From Nitrospirota bacterium (lineage in GTDB: Bacteria; Nitrospirota; Thermodesulfovibrionia; Thermodesulfovibrionales; UBA1546), in contig JAKALU010000001.1 in NCBI GenBank assembly GCA_021824065.1, forward strand, positions 16,154 to 80,153: DNA of 64,000 bases, in the 5' to 3' direction. Both the position numbers and the translations under genes were made by a program. Shown here in pieces: positions 28,524 to 39,135 of this stretch (position 1 is the stretch's first letter; every line of letters starts with the position of its first letter). Under the pieces are notes generated by a model. That model searched no databases, was not told the DNA's origin, and saw only the letters and a list, made by a program, of their open reading frames with translations.

Positions 28524-29761
28524 TTTATCCCCGCTGCTTTCTCAAGATTTGCCTGTGCAACCTTGTAGTCATAAAGTGCCTGTATATACGATGACTTCGC
28601 ATTGCTCATTCCCACCTGCGCGTCGGTAACCTCGATTGGATTCCCAACTCCTGCCGCATATCTGCCATTAGCAAGTTCAAGGTTTTCCTCTGCCTGTTTC
28701 ACAATAAGTTCTGCTACCGGAATCCTTTCCTCTGCCTCTTTAAGATTTAAATATGCCTGCTGGACTTCAAGAAAAATATTTTGCCTCAGCAGTTCTTCAT
28801 TTGCCTTAAAGACATCAAGATTTGCTTTTGCTTCTTCAACCTGATACTTTGTAAAAAAACCGCTGAATATAGGGAATGACAAGGTTACCCCTGCGTCCCA
28901 CCCCTCGCTGAGTGGAAATTTCTCTCCTGACCTGTTATATGCTGCATTGCCTGCCACCACAGGATAGTATCCTGTATTTGCAAGTTTGATAGATTTCTCA
29001 GCTGCCTCTCTTTTAAAAACTACTGATGCAAGATCAGGTCTGTTCTTATAAGCCCTATCGATCGCTTCTTCAAAGGTTATTCCATATTCCTTGAATGAAA
29101 GATTATCCTCGACAGTGTATTCAGGGGCTTCAGGCACACCCATTGCATTGTTAAGCGTTGCTATTGCCACCTTGAATGCATTTGTTGCCTTAATAAGGTT
29201 CAGTCTGGAATTGCTCAGATCGACTTCAGCCTTGGTCACATCAAACTTTGGTTTTGTGCCGACCTCATAAAACCCTTTTGCCTGTTCAAGATGGCTCTTA
29301 AACTGTTTGACGGTCTCATCTGCAACATCCCTGTTCTTTTTTGCCTGCAATACTCCATAGTATGCCTGTTTTACATTAAGGATTATCTGCGCTGTTATAT
29401 TCTCCAGGTCCGATTTTGATGAATCCAGGTTCAGACTCTGGATATTTACCTGTGTTGAAGTTTTCCCAAAATCATAGATGTTCTGTTTTAGAGTGACACT
29501 GCTTGAATATTGGTCAGAAGAAGATGTTCTGCTGTAGCCTGATGACCAATCTATCTGCGGATAATAATTTGCCTTTGCCTCGCTGACCTTGCTTTGATTC
29601 ACATCCGCTGTATTTACAGCAGCAACGATGTTCGGTTGTTTTTTTACGGCTATTTCTATACATCTCTCCAGAGTAAGCAATTCTCCCTTTTTTATGATTT
29701 CCCCGGCTTCTGCCCTAAAAGGGACTATCAACAATAAAATAATCGGCATAATCACTTTCAT
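28520..29761 (-). CDS. TolC-family outer membrane efflux protein (OMF 2 of 3)
   Basis: Signal peptide and duplicated TolC repeat (LTLERCIEIAVKKQPNI..., ELANGRYAAGVGNPIEVTDAQ). Confidence 0.85.
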   Translation of the reverse strand: MKVIMPIILLLIVPFRAEAGEIIKKGELLTLERCIEIAVKKQPNIVAAVNTADVNQSKVSEAKANYYPQIDWSSGYSRTSSSDQYSSSVTLKQNIYDFGKTSTQVNIQSLNLDSSKSDLENITAQIILNVKQAYYGVLQAKKNRDVADETVKQFKSHLEQAKGFYEVGTKPKFDVTKAEVDLSNSRLNLIKATNAFKVAIATLNNAMGVPEAPEYTVEDNLSFKEYGITFEEAIDRAYKNRPDLASVVFKREAAEKSIKLANTGYYPVVAGNAAYNRSGEKFPLSEGWDAGVTLSFPIFSGFFTKYQVEEAKANLDVFKANEELLRQNIFLEVQQAYLNLKEAEERIPVAELIVKQAEENLELANGRYAAGVGNPIEVTDAQVGMSNAKSSYIQALYDYKVAQANLEKAAGIK

Positions 29762-29806
29762 ATTAATATCATCTCACACTTTGCAATTATCACACTATAT
29801 TTTTGT

Positions 29807-32800
29807 TCAGGTTTTTATCGTGTCTTTACTGCGCTTACGCCTCACAAACCAGCCGCGTGCCTTTTCCTGTATCCTGTCCATATAATAATAAACAACCGGT
29901 GTTATATAGAGGGTCAGGAGCTGGGAAACAACTAATCCGCCAACAACAGCAAGTCCGAGAGAGCGGCGTGCGTCTGCTCCTGCGCCGAATCCGATGGCTA
30001 TCGGCAGTGTGCCCATAAGCGCTGCCATCGTTGTCATCATGATAGGCCTGAAACGGATAATAGCGCCTTCGTAAATCGCATCCATCGGTTTTTTCCCTCT
30101 GCTACGCTGGGCATCCAAAGCAAAGTCTATCATCATGATGGCATTTTTCTTCACTATTCCAACAAGCATTATTATCCCGACAAAGGCGTACAGGTTCAAA
30201 TCCTTGCCAAAAATCAAGAGGGTGATCAGCGCTCCAAAGCCTGCTGACGGCAGGCCAGAGAGAATAGTTAAAGGGTGAATGTAACTCTCATAAAGAATAC
30301 CGAGCACGATATAAATCACAACAATAGCGAGTATCAGGAGCATAGCAAGACCTTTGGTTGAAGCCTGATAGACCTGCGCTGTTCCCTGAAAACCAGTAGT
30401 AATTGAGGATGGCAGGGCCTTTGCCTCCTTTTCTACAGCTGCCACTGCATCACCCAGAGGAGTGCCTGGCTTGAGATTAAAGGAGATTGTTACAGCGTTA
30501 ATCTGGCCGAGATGGTTAACAGACACCGGGCCCAGCCCCTTTTTCATAGTTGCCAGAGAAGAAAGCGGAACCAATTGGTCTTTGCTCGCACGGACATAGA
30601 GCATGTTTAGAGCTGACGGGTTCGTCTGATACTGAGGTTCCAACTCCATAATTACCTTGTACTGGTTTGCAGGAGAATATATTGTAGAGACCTGCCGGGC
30701 GCCATATGCAGAGTACAGAGAGTCCTCGATTTGCTCGGCTGTGATACCGAGAGACGCGGCACGGTCCCTGTCAATATCCAGGTTAATCTGAGGGTTATTT
30801 ATCTGTAGGTCGCTGGTTACATCCTGAAGCATCGGCAGTCCCCTCAGCTTCATCTCGAAATCTGCTGCGTGTTTGTAAAGCTCGTCTGTATCAGGACTCT
30901 GAAGCACAAACTGATACTGTGCCTTGGATAGAGTTGCCTCAAGCCGGATTGGCGGCGGGTTCTGCATGAACATCATGACACCCGGAACCCCCATCACCTT
31001 AGGCCTGAGATTCTGGATTATCTGGTCTGCATTCAGTTTACGCTCACGGTGAGGCTTAAGTTTTATGAACATGAACCCACTGTTAGAGCCTACGCGTATT
31101 CCACTCGCGCCAACAGATGACATGAATGCTTCAATATTAGTGTCCTGAAGAACTATCTCTGCCAGTTTCTGCTGATGCCTCTTCATATCCTCAAAAGATA
31201 TTCCTTGAGATCCCTCAGTAATAGCGATTATACCTCCAATATCATCAGACGGAAAAAGACCTGTGGGCATCTTTGTAAAAAGCCATACTGTAGCTGCAGT
31301 CATAATAAAAGTGACTGCTATTATGGTTCGACGGTACTTGAGCACCATCGACAGGGTTTTTTCATAAAGCTGGCGCATACCCTGAAAAAATCGCTCTATG
31401 AAATTATAGAGTCCGCCATGTTTTTTCTCTGCCAGAGGCCGCAGGAAACGGCTTGAGAGCATGGGGGTTAACGTAAGCGATACAGCGCCAGAGATGAGAA
31501 TCGCAACAGTAATCGTGACAGCAAACTCATGGAGCATCCGTCCGAGCATACCGCCCATAAAAAGGACCGGGATAAAAACAGCGACCAATGATAACGTCAT
31601 AGAAAGTATTGTGAACCCTATTTCCTTAGAGCCCCTGAAGGCTGCTTCCATTGGTTTCTCGCCGTGCTCCATATGCCGGACTATGTTTTCGAGCATGACT
31701 ATAGCATCGTCCACCACAAAACCTACCGACAGCGTGAGTGCCATCAGAGTTATATTGTTAACCGAAAAACCAAAGCCGTATATGGCAGCAAACGTACCGA
31801 TGATAGACAGCGGCAGAGCAAGGCTTGGTATGATTGTGGCCGACAGGTTACGAAGAAAGAGAAAGATTACCATAATAACCAGAGCGATTGTAAGCATCAG
31901 AGTGAATTTAACGTCTGCAACCGACTCACGGATTGACTCTGTGCGGTCGAAGAGGGTATTAAGTTGAACAGCAGCAGGCAATTGGCTGCGGAAACCCGGG
32001 ATTTGCTGCTTGATGCTGTTTACCACCTCAATTGTATTAGTGCCGGGCTGGCGCTGAATAGCCAGAACAATTGCCCTCGTTGACTTGCCTCCACTGTTGT
32101 ACCACGCAGCGATTTTATCATTCTCTACACTATCTGTTACCTTTGCAATGTCCTGCAGACGAACTGGCGAACCATCACGGTATGCGACTATCATCGGCTT
32201 GAATGCCTCTGCATTGTAAAGTTGCCCTGTTGCCTGAATGGTGAATGCCTGCTTATTGCCTTGCATCCCGCCTGTCGGCAGGTTCACGTTCCAACGCGCT
32301 AAAGCTGACTCAACTTCATCTATGCCTATCTTCCGGCTTGCCAATGTCTGAGGATCGAGTTGCACTCGCACTGCGTACTTTTGTGAGCCGTAAACCAACA
32401 CCTGAGCAACACCGCTTATCATCGAGATACGCGGGGCAATGATAGTGTCAGCAAACTCGTTAACCTCAGACAGAGGGAGTGTCGGCGAGCTAAGGGCCAA
32501 AAATAATACAGGCTGGTCAGCCGGGTTTACCTTCCTATACGAAGGCGGACTCGGCATATCCTGAGGGAGTTGACGCGCTGCCTTTGATATGGCTGCCTGT
32601 ACATCCTGGGCCGCGGCATCTATGTCGCGTTCAAGTACAAACTTAAGGGTTATAATTGAAATACCCTGGCCATTTGTCGAGGTCATGGATTCGAGGCCTG
32701 AAATAGTTGAAAACTCGCGTTCCAACGGAGTTGCAACAGCGCTGGCCATGGTCTCCGGGCTTGCCCCTGGCAGATTAGCATTCACCTGGATAGTCGGAAA

Positions 32801-32923
32801 GTCAATGCTCGGCAAATCATTAACCGGCAATGTGTTATAAGCAAAGACTCCAAAGATCATCACCGCAAGCATGACCAGGCTGGTCATAATTGGGCGTTTT
32901 ATAAAGAGGTCAGAAATGCTCAT
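29807..32923 (-). CDS. RND-family (AcrB/MexB-like) inner membrane efflux transporter
   Basis: MSISDLFIKRPIMT start with AGAGG 6 nt upstream (M18 of ORF 29807..32974). 12-TM RND architecture with two large periplasmic loops. Confidence 0.92.
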   Translation of the reverse strand: MSISDLFIKRPIMTSLVMLAVMIFGVFAYNTLPVNDLPSIDFPTIQVNANLPGASPETMASAVATPLEREFSTISGLESMTSTNGQGISIITLKFVLERDIDAAAQDVQAAISKAARQLPQDMPSPPSYRKVNPADQPVLFLALSSPTLPLSEVNEFADTIIAPRISMISGVAQVLVYGSQKYAVRVQLDPQTLASRKIGIDEVESALARWNVNLPTGGMQGNKQAFTIQATGQLYNAEAFKPMIVAYRDGSPVRLQDIAKVTDSVENDKIAAWYNSGGKSTRAIVLAIQRQPGTNTIEVVNSIKQQIPGFRSQLPAAVQLNTLFDRTESIRESVADVKFTLMLTIALVIMVIFLFLRNLSATIIPSLALPLSIIGTFAAIYGFGFSVNNITLMALTLSVGFVVDDAIVMLENIVRHMEHGEKPMEAAFRGSKEIGFTILSMTLSLVAVFIPVLFMGGMLGRMLHEFAVTITVAILISGAVSLTLTPMLSSRFLRPLAEKKHGGLYNFIERFFQGMRQLYEKTLSMVLKYRRTIIAVTFIMTAATVWLFTKMPTGLFPSDDIGGIIAITEGSQGISFEDMKRHQQKLAEIVLQDTNIEAFMSSVGASGIRVGSNSGFMFIKLKPHRERKLNADQIIQNLRPKVMGVPGVMMFMQNPPPIRLEATLSKAQYQFVLQSPDTDELYKHAADFEMKLRGLPMLQDVTSDLQINNPQINLDIDRDRAASLGITAEQIEDSLYSAYGARQVSTIYSPANQYKVIMELEPQYQTNPSALNMLYVRASKDQLVPLSSLATMKKGLGPVSVNHLGQINAVTISFNLKPGTPLGDAVAAVEKEAKALPSSITTGFQGTAQVYQASTKGLAMLLILAIVVIYIVLGILYESYIHPLTILSGLPSAGFGALITLLIFGKDLNLYAFVGIIMLVGIVKKNAIMMIDFALDAQRSRGKKPMDAIYEGAIIRFRPIMMTTMAALMGTLPIAIGFGAGADARRSLGLAVVGGLVVSQLLTLYITPVVYYYMDRIQEKARGWFVRRKRSKDTIKT

Positions 32924-32987
32924 AGCAGCCTCTGTTTTAATGTCGTCATTTTCCGGCTTGACAGGAAAATCCATATTATTTCTCTGG

Positions 32988-33012
32988 ATTCCCGCTTAAG
33001 AACTGCGGGAAT
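32988..33012. repeat. Intergenic hairpin ATTCCCGC-N9-GCGGGAAT (REP-like)
   Basis: 8-bp perfect stem read directly. Lies between the RND pump gene and its adaptor gene. Confidence 0.7.
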
Positions 33013-33083
33013 GACAGAACAGAAAAACATTACAAGAGCTATTAAAAGTTCTTTAAGATATCTGCCGATTAATAACATAATTA

Positions 33084-34265
33084 TTAATGCTTGCCTCCAG
33101 CCGATTGACCTGGCTTGCGAATCTCTACCTTAGCACCCGGCATGAGTCTCATCTGACCATCAGTAACCACCTGCTCACCCACTGTTAGTCCCTTTTCGAT
33201 GACTGTCATATCCTCGTATGTGATGCCTGTGGCAACAGGGCGAAGCTCTGCTATATCTCCTTTTACAATGAAAACATACTGCCCCTGCTGTCCTGTCTGT
33301 ATGACATGAGTTGGAACTACCACTGCATCTTGAATGTTTGAAAGGGTAATTCGGACAGTAACAAACTGTCCTGGCCAGAGGTGCTTTCCTTTATTTGCAA
33401 ATGTGCCCCTCAGTTTTATTGTCCCTGTTGTAACATCAACACTGTTATCAATAAAGGTAAGCACCCCTTCTTCAGCCTTACTGTCCTCTCTGGAAAGATA
33501 AGCCTCAACTTTAACTTTTCCGCCTGACATATATTTTTTAATCTCTGAAAGATTCTGCTCAGGCACAGAAAAGCTTACATATACAGGCTGAATCTGGTTT
33601 ATAACAACCATGGGCTTGTCATCATTAGCCTTTATCAGATTTCCTTTGTCTACAAGCATGCCTCCTGTGCGGCCTGATATCGGAGCGTATATTGAACAAT
33701 AGCTCAATTGTAATCTGGCATTTTCCAAAGCAGCCCCGTCAGCCTCAACAGTGGCTCTGAGGGCTTCTGCATTGGCAACAATCTGCTCATACTGGGATTT
33801 GCTTACAAGTTGTTCACGATATAATTCAGTATACCGCTGTACATCTTCATCTGCCTTTTTGGAAAGAGCGGTGTCCCTCAAGAGATTAGCCTTTGCGGAT
33901 TCAAGCGCTGTTTTAAAAGGTCTCGGGTCTATAGTAAAAAGCAAATCTCCCTTATTAACATCCTGCCCTTCCCTGAAATATACATGTGTTAACTCACCGC
34001 CAACTCGTGCCTTTATCTGCACAGTAGAATAAGCTTCAACATTACCGATGGCACGCAATTGCACCGGAACTGTTTTTTGAATCACTGTACCAACTGTTAC
34101 AGGCACTGCAGCCTTCTTTACCTCTTGTCCTGTTTTTCCCTTTGAACAGGCTGGCAAAAACACAAGACAGAGAACAAAAGACGGAAGACAGAAAAAAACA
34201 AATGATGACACTCCCATTTTCATTTTAATGTGCTCCATATTTAATTTGCGTACTAATCTTGCCAT
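33084..34265 (-). CDS. RND efflux periplasmic adaptor (AcrA/MexA-like lipoprotein)
   Basis: Lipobox LVFLPAC, then VTVGTVIQKTVPV..., coiled coil and LSYCSIYAPISGRTG. The true start is probably at one of the internal Met codons (34238-34217). Confidence 0.88.
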   Translation of the reverse strand: MARLVRKLNMEHIKMKMGVSSFVFFCLPSFVLCLVFLPACSKGKTGQEVKKAAVPVTVGTVIQKTVPVQLRAIGNVEAYSTVQIKARVGGELTHVYFREGQDVNKGDLLFTIDPRPFKTALESAKANLLRDTALSKKADEDVQRYTELYREQLVSKSQYEQIVANAEALRATVEADGAALENARLQLSYCSIYAPISGRTGGMLVDKGNLIKANDDKPMVVINQIQPVYVSFSVPEQNLSEIKKYMSGGKVKVEAYLSREDSKAEEGVLTFIDNSVDVTTGTIKLRGTFANKGKHLWPGQFVTVRITLSNIQDAVVVPTHVIQTGQQGQYVFIVKGDIAELRPVATGITYEDMTVIEKGLTVGEQVVTDGQMRLMPGAKVEIRKPGQSAGGKH

Positions 34266-34320
34266 ACAATTAAATCCTGAAAACTTGAATAAATTCCCAT
34301 TCTCCCCTCCTGTATGCTGA

Positions 34321-35685
34321 CTACTGTTTACTGTATACTGCTTTTAAAAGCGTTCCTGTTGCCCGTTTCAACCTGAGAACAGATAACTGGTAGTTATATC
34401 TTGCATCAGCAAGCTGCCTTTCCGCTGTAACAAGCAGGGTGTTGGCGTCCATTACATCTACGCTGTTTGCGAGACCGAACTCAAACTGCCTGGAGATGGC
34501 GTTATAATTATCTCTTGCAAACATAACCTGGTCTTCGAGGGATTTCAAAACTCCCTTCTGGGTCACAATGTCAAGATAGGCACTTTCAACGTCTATATTT
34601 ATTGTCTTCTTTAAATCTTCATAAATGAGTTCGGTTTGCCTGAGTTTCGCCTCTGCCTCTCTCACCTCAGCTTTTCTCAAGCCCCCTTCATAAAACGAGA
34701 AGTTTAGCGTAAGACCTCCGTATATGCTTTCTCTATTAAGAAATGTCGAGGCTGGGTCATCTTCATTCCTTGAATACACCCCTTCAATAGAAAGTGTCGG
34801 CCAGTAGGAACCCCGTGTATATTTAACCTGTTCTTCTTCAATTTTTTTCTGGAGTCCAAGACTCTTAAGCTCAGCCCTTTCCGATAAGGCTACCTGTTTG
34901 AAGGACTCGATTGTTTCAGCCCCCTGAATGTTCACTATATGCTGACTGCTGTCTTCCGTCTCTTTAACATCATAACTTTCATTGATTCCTACTACCCTTG
35001 CGAGAACTGCCCTTGCAAGGGCTAAACTATTCTTTGCCTTAATCTCTTCTGATTGCGCCCCTGATAACTCTGCCTCTGCCCTGAGAAGTGCGGTTTTTGT
35101 AACCTCTCCGACCTTAAGTCTTATAGCAGCAGCATCCCTGTGCTTTGTTAATCTCTCAATGTTTGCTTTCGCGATTTCTACAGCCTTCTTCGAACGAAGA
35201 ACATCATAGTAAGCAGAGGCGACACTGTAAAGATAAGACTCCCTTACAGCGTAGAGATCATATTCGCTTCTCTCAATATTCTTATTTGAGATTTTAAAGG
35301 CGGTAAGCTCTCTCCCGCTTAGAGAGAATGACTGGTCAAGCCTCACACCCCACGCTGTAGAAGTATTGGGCTGAATGACCGAGCCTGTAGAGGAAATTTT
35401 GTTTTCGGTATACCTCGTATAATTTCCAAAGGCAGAAAGCGTTGGTAAAAGGCCGGCCAACGCCTTATCCTTTGCCTTCTCTGCGATATAGAGGTCTTCT
35501 TCTGATAGCTTTATTCTTTCAGCCCGTTCAAGAGCAAACCTGTAGAAGTCCTCAAGTGAATACTCCTGTGCTGCAAGACTGTTAGATTTCAGAAGGACTA
35601 ACAAAAAAGCCAATACACAACCGACCGAAACAAAACCTGCCCTTTTCATATATATCATCCCCTGGTTACTGTATTTTGAACTCAT
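34321..35685 (-). CDS. TolC-family outer membrane efflux protein (OMF 3 of 3)
   Basis: Signal peptide and duplicated TolC repeats. Its ATG overlaps the TetR stop (ATGA), which supports the 35685 start. Confidence 0.85.
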   Translation of the reverse strand: MSSKYSNQGMIYMKRAGFVSVGCVLAFLLVLLKSNSLAAQEYSLEDFYRFALERAERIKLSEEDLYIAEKAKDKALAGLLPTLSAFGNYTRYTENKISSTGSVIQPNTSTAWGVRLDQSFSLSGRELTAFKISNKNIERSEYDLYAVRESYLYSVASAYYDVLRSKKAVEIAKANIERLTKHRDAAAIRLKVGEVTKTALLRAEAELSGAQSEEIKAKNSLALARAVLARVVGINESYDVKETEDSSQHIVNIQGAETIESFKQVALSERAELKSLGLQKKIEEEQVKYTRGSYWPTLSIEGVYSRNEDDPASTFLNRESIYGGLTLNFSFYEGGLRKAEVREAEAKLRQTELIYEDLKKTINIDVESAYLDIVTQKGVLKSLEDQVMFARDNYNAISRQFEFGLANSVDVMDANTLLVTAERQLADARYNYQLSVLRLKRATGTLLKAVYSKQ

Positions 35686-36269
35686 CTCAAAGTCCCATTG
35701 ACAAAGATTCCCACAAATTCTTTGACTACCTTTTCAGTATCGATGAACCTGTATTTTTTACGCACCATGAGTTCCTGGGCATTAAAATAAGAAAAGAACA
35801 TCCCGAGAAAAACCCGTGCGCCAAGCTCTGGATTAAAATCCCTCAGAATCCACCTGCCCTGCAATTCTTTAAAATATGCTGCCAGTGTCTTGAATATCTC
35901 ATCAATAAAGTTGTGATAAATCTCCTTAACCTTCGATGGATAATGGTGTATCTCTGAATGCATTATCCTTATTAAACCCCTTCTCTCTGATAACCTTTCT
36001 AAAAACCTCCTGGCTATCTCTGAGAGGGCATCCTCGTAATCCATATCCTTTAATTCCGGGAGCATGCCTTTTAAGGCTGGAAGGAAAGAGTAATTGTTTA
36101 CCATCTCTTCAAAAAGTTTCTCTTTGGAAGAAAAGTGTCTAAAAAGCGTAAGTTCTGCAACACCTGCCCTTTTTGCTATCTCTTTTGTTGTAGCACCAAG
36201 ATACCCCTTCTCCGAGAAGAGTTTCAACCCTGCCTCTAAAATCTTATTTTTTGTGTCTCTCGTTTTCAT
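35682..36269 (-). CDS. TetR/AcrR-family transcriptional regulator
   Basis: N-terminal HTH ILEAGLKLFSEKGYLGATTKEIAKRAGVAELTLFRHF. First gene of the RND operon. Confidence 0.9.
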   Translation of the reverse strand: MKTRDTKNKILEAGLKLFSEKGYLGATTKEIAKRAGVAELTLFRHFSSKEKLFEEMVNNYSFLPALKGMLPELKDMDYEDALSEIARRFLERLSERRGLIRIMHSEIHHYPSKVKEIYHNFIDEIFKTLAAYFKELQGRWILRDFNPELGARVFLGMFFSYFNAQELMVRKKYRFIDTEKVVKEFVGIFVNGTLR

Positions 36270-36349
36270 ATTATGTTAGCACTTACTTACATTACTTAAA
36301 AATACTGCCAATGTCAAGGATTTTTAAGACCTTTGTTTCTGGCACTCAA

Positions 36350-36379
36350 TTGACAAACAAAAAGGAAACAAAATAAAAT
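36350..36379 (+). promoter_or_regulatory. Putative sigma70-type promoter upstream of the Nif3-like gene
   Basis: TTGACA (36350..36355), 18-nt spacer, TAAAAT (36374..36379), about 30 nt before the start codon. Based on the sequence pattern only. Confidence 0.35.
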
Positions 36380-36408
36380 AGACTCACTAAACACGAAAGG
36401 ATCCAAAA

Positions 36409-37365
36409 TTGACTCTTAAAGAACTCTATAATAAGGCAATATCCACAGGCATTGAAAACGACCCGCGGGGGAAAGATGCTGTTGCAAAAGAACTTGAGGC
36501 AAGAAAAAAAGACTTTGAAAAACTCAAAGAGGATGAAAAAGAATTTTTCGACAACGAAACCCTTCAAAACCCCTATTCTGACTCGAGGATATTGAACGGC
36601 ACAGGTGAAGAGAAAATAAAGTCTGCACTTGTCGGTATAGATATAGAGGTAGGAGAGGTGCTCCTTGCTGAGAGTCTGAAGGTAAAGGGGAAAGACATAG
36701 ACCTGCTTATCTCCCATCATCCAGAAGGCAGGGCGTACGCAAACCTCTATTCCGTTATGCAGATGCAGTCAGACATACTTAACCGGTTCGGCGTACCTAT
36801 AAACATAGCAGAAGACCTTATGGAAGGCAGGATAAAAGAGATCGAAAGAAGGCTGATGCCCGTTAACCACACAAGGGCAGTTGATGCTGCAAAACTATTG
36901 GGAATCCCATTTATATGTCTTCATACCCCCGCAGACAATATGGTTGCTACATATTTGCAAAAACTTTTTGATGAAAAAAAGCCTTACAGGATTTCAGATG
37001 TGCTTGATATTCTGAAAGGCATTTCTGAATATAAAACCGCCAGCTATAATGGTGCAGGCCCCAAAATATTGATTGGTTCTAAAAACAGGAAGGCTGGCAA
37101 AATCTTTGTTGACATGACAGGCGGAACAGAAGGCTCAAAAGAGATATTCGGAAGCCTGACAGCAAGCGGAGTGAACACAATTGTGGGAATGCACCTTGGC
37201 GAGGAGCATAGAAAAGAGGCGGAAAAGAGCCACCTCAATGTTGTAATCGCAGGCCATATATCGAGTGACAATCTCGGTTTGAATCTGCTCCTGGATGAAG
37301 TCTCTAAAGATACATCTATTGAAATACTTGAGTGTTCCGGATTTAAACGGGTTGGCAGGAATTAG
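36409..37365 (+). CDS. Nif3-like dinuclear metal centre protein (DUF34/YqfO family)
   Basis: Spaced metal-ligand motifs ISHHPEG, LHTPADN and IAGHISSD match the Nif3 pattern (HHP / HTxxD / GHxxSE-D). TTG start. Sits upstream of dnaG-rpoD, as Nif3 genes do in the sigA/rpoD region of other bacteria. Confidence 0.6.
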   Translation: MTLKELYNKAISTGIENDPRGKDAVAKELEARKKDFEKLKEDEKEFFDNETLQNPYSDSRILNGTGEEKIKSALVGIDIEVGEVLLAESLKVKGKDIDLLISHHPEGRAYANLYSVMQMQSDILNRFGVPINIAEDLMEGRIKEIERRLMPVNHTRAVDAAKLLGIPFICLHTPADNMVATYLQKLFDEKKPYRISDVLDILKGISEYKTASYNGAGPKILIGSKNRKAGKIFVDMTGGTEGSKEIFGSLTASGVNTIVGMHLGEEHRKEAEKSHLNVVIAGHISSDNLGLNLLLDEVSKDTSIEILECSGFKRVGRN

Positions 37366-37446
37366 AGCAGAGGTGCAAAAGGGCAGAAGCTCGGAAGTTT
37401 TTGAGGCTTTAAAACTTCAGAACTTCTGAGCTCCAGCGCTAAATTT

Positions 37447-39126
37447 ATGAAAACCGACAGTCTTCTCGAAGATATAAAATCACGTCTGGATATAATCGAA
37501 CTGATATCAGACTATATTGAGCTCAAAAAGTCAGGCCAGAACTATAAAGCACCATGCCCTTTCCACTCAGAAAAGACCCCGTCATTTATGGTGAGCCCGG
37601 GCAAACAGATATTCCATTGTTTTGGGTGCGGAGCTGGCGGGGACATTTTTGGTTTTGTGATGAAGTATGAAAACCTGAATTTTCAGGAAGCGATTAAACT
37701 GCTTGCAAAAAAAGCCGGCATAAAACTCTCCGGATACAGACTCGAAAATGATTTAGCTGAAAAAAAAGAAAGGCTTTACGCGATTCAGAAAGAGGCGCTC
37801 AATACCTTTATAGAAAATCTTAAGAGGTCAAAGACAGCCCTTTCGTACCTCGCCCAAAGGGGCATAAAAGAGGAGATGTTGCAAGCCTTTTCATTGGGAT
37901 ATGCAAATAAGGAGTGGAAGGCTTTGTATGGACACCTAAAGGCAAAAGGATTTGAGGATTCCATCATTGCCCAATCAGGTCTTATCTTTAGTGGAGAAAA
38001 AGGGCTGCACGATATTTTCAGGAATCGAATCATATTCCCTATACTTAATATCCAGGGAGATACAGTTGCTTTTGGCGGCAGGGCTATAGATGATGCCATG
38101 CCGAAGTATCTGAATTCTCCCGAGACTCTGTTGTTCAAAAAAGGTGAAACCCTTTACGGTCTAAACATTGCAAAGGATGAAATCAGAAAAAAGGATTATG
38201 TAATGATCGTTGAAGGTTATCTCGATGTAATCATGTGCCACCAGCATGGTTTCAGAAATGTGGTTGCCCCTCTCGGCACTGCATTGACAACAGGCCACTT
38301 CCAGAAACTCGGAAGGTTTACAAAGAAGGTTTTGCTGGTTTTTGATAACGACGCCGCAGGGGTTGCTGCTGCAAAGAGATCTATCGCCCTCCTTTACGAG
38401 TATGGCTTTAGAAGTAAGGTGTTGTTATTGCCGGAAGGAGATGACCCCGACAGTTTCCTCAGGAAAAATAACAGCAATGCTTTTCAGGCTAAACTATCAA
38501 AGGCAAAGTCCTTAGTTGATTTTATCCTCGGCCTGAAAGGAGAAAAGGCGGATAATATCAGGGCTGCTATTGGAATAATAGACAATGCAAAAGATTTAAT
38601 CCTGAGAGAGGAACTTTTCAGAGAACTATCAGAAAAATCAGGGATAAGAGAGTCTGTAATCAGGGGTGAAGCTAAAAAATATGGACAGAAGCTCACAGTG
38701 GGCACTACGGCTGCTGTCTCAAATGCCCCTAACTTGCCCTGTAACGAGGATGTTCTGCTTTTAAGTGCCATTGTTGCATTTCCGGAAAAGGCCAGGCATG
38801 TTTTTGAAAACCTCAATATAGACGGCATGCATACGCCCGCAGTAAAGAAAATTTTCCAAAAAATTAAATCTTTAGCCTATAATAATAGCCTGGATATGAA
38901 TACCATGCTCAATATATTATCAGACGAAGAAAAGGCACTCATTACAAGGCTTTCACTTAATCCGGGGTTTGATGTTGAACATGTTGATAAGAACATCGGG
39001 GACTGCCTTAAAAAGATAGCACACTTCGAGCTTGAGGAAAAAATAAAAGAGGCAAGAAGCATAGGGGACCTCCGGCTTTTAAGCAGTCTGCTAATAGAAA
39101 AACAAAAAATAGCAAGATCCGTCTAA
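37447..39126 (+). CDS. dnaG: DNA primase
   Basis: Zinc-binding CPFHSEKTPSFMVSPGKQIFHCFGCGAGGD and the TOPRIM region IVEGYLDVI...VFDNDAAG. Confidence 0.95.
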   Translation: MKTDSLLEDIKSRLDIIELISDYIELKKSGQNYKAPCPFHSEKTPSFMVSPGKQIFHCFGCGAGGDIFGFVMKYENLNFQEAIKLLAKKAGIKLSGYRLENDLAEKKERLYAIQKEALNTFIENLKRSKTALSYLAQRGIKEEMLQAFSLGYANKEWKALYGHLKAKGFEDSIIAQSGLIFSGEKGLHDIFRNRIIFPILNIQGDTVAFGGRAIDDAMPKYLNSPETLLFKKGETLYGLNIAKDEIRKKDYVMIVEGYLDVIMCHQHGFRNVVAPLGTALTTGHFQKLGRFTKKVLLVFDNDAAGVAAAKRSIALLYEYGFRSKVLLLPEGDDPDSFLRKNNSNAFQAKLSKAKSLVDFILGLKGEKADNIRAAIGIIDNAKDLILREELFRELSEKSGIRESVIRGEAKKYGQKLTVGTTAAVSNAPNLPCNEDVLLLSAIVAFPEKARHVFENLNIDGMHTPAVKKIFQKIKSLAYNNSLDMNTMLNILSDEEKALITRLSLNPGFDVEHVDKNIGDCLKKIAHFELEEKIKEARSIGDLRLLSSLLIEKQKIARSV

Positions 39127-39135
39127 GGGGGTAAG

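Noticed and set aside
36346-36720. 124-aa minus-strand ORF overlapping the Nif3-like gene start and promoter
   Set aside because: It is antisense to, and overlaps, a better-supported gene. Its translation is Phe/Leu/Cys-rich low complexity with no motif.
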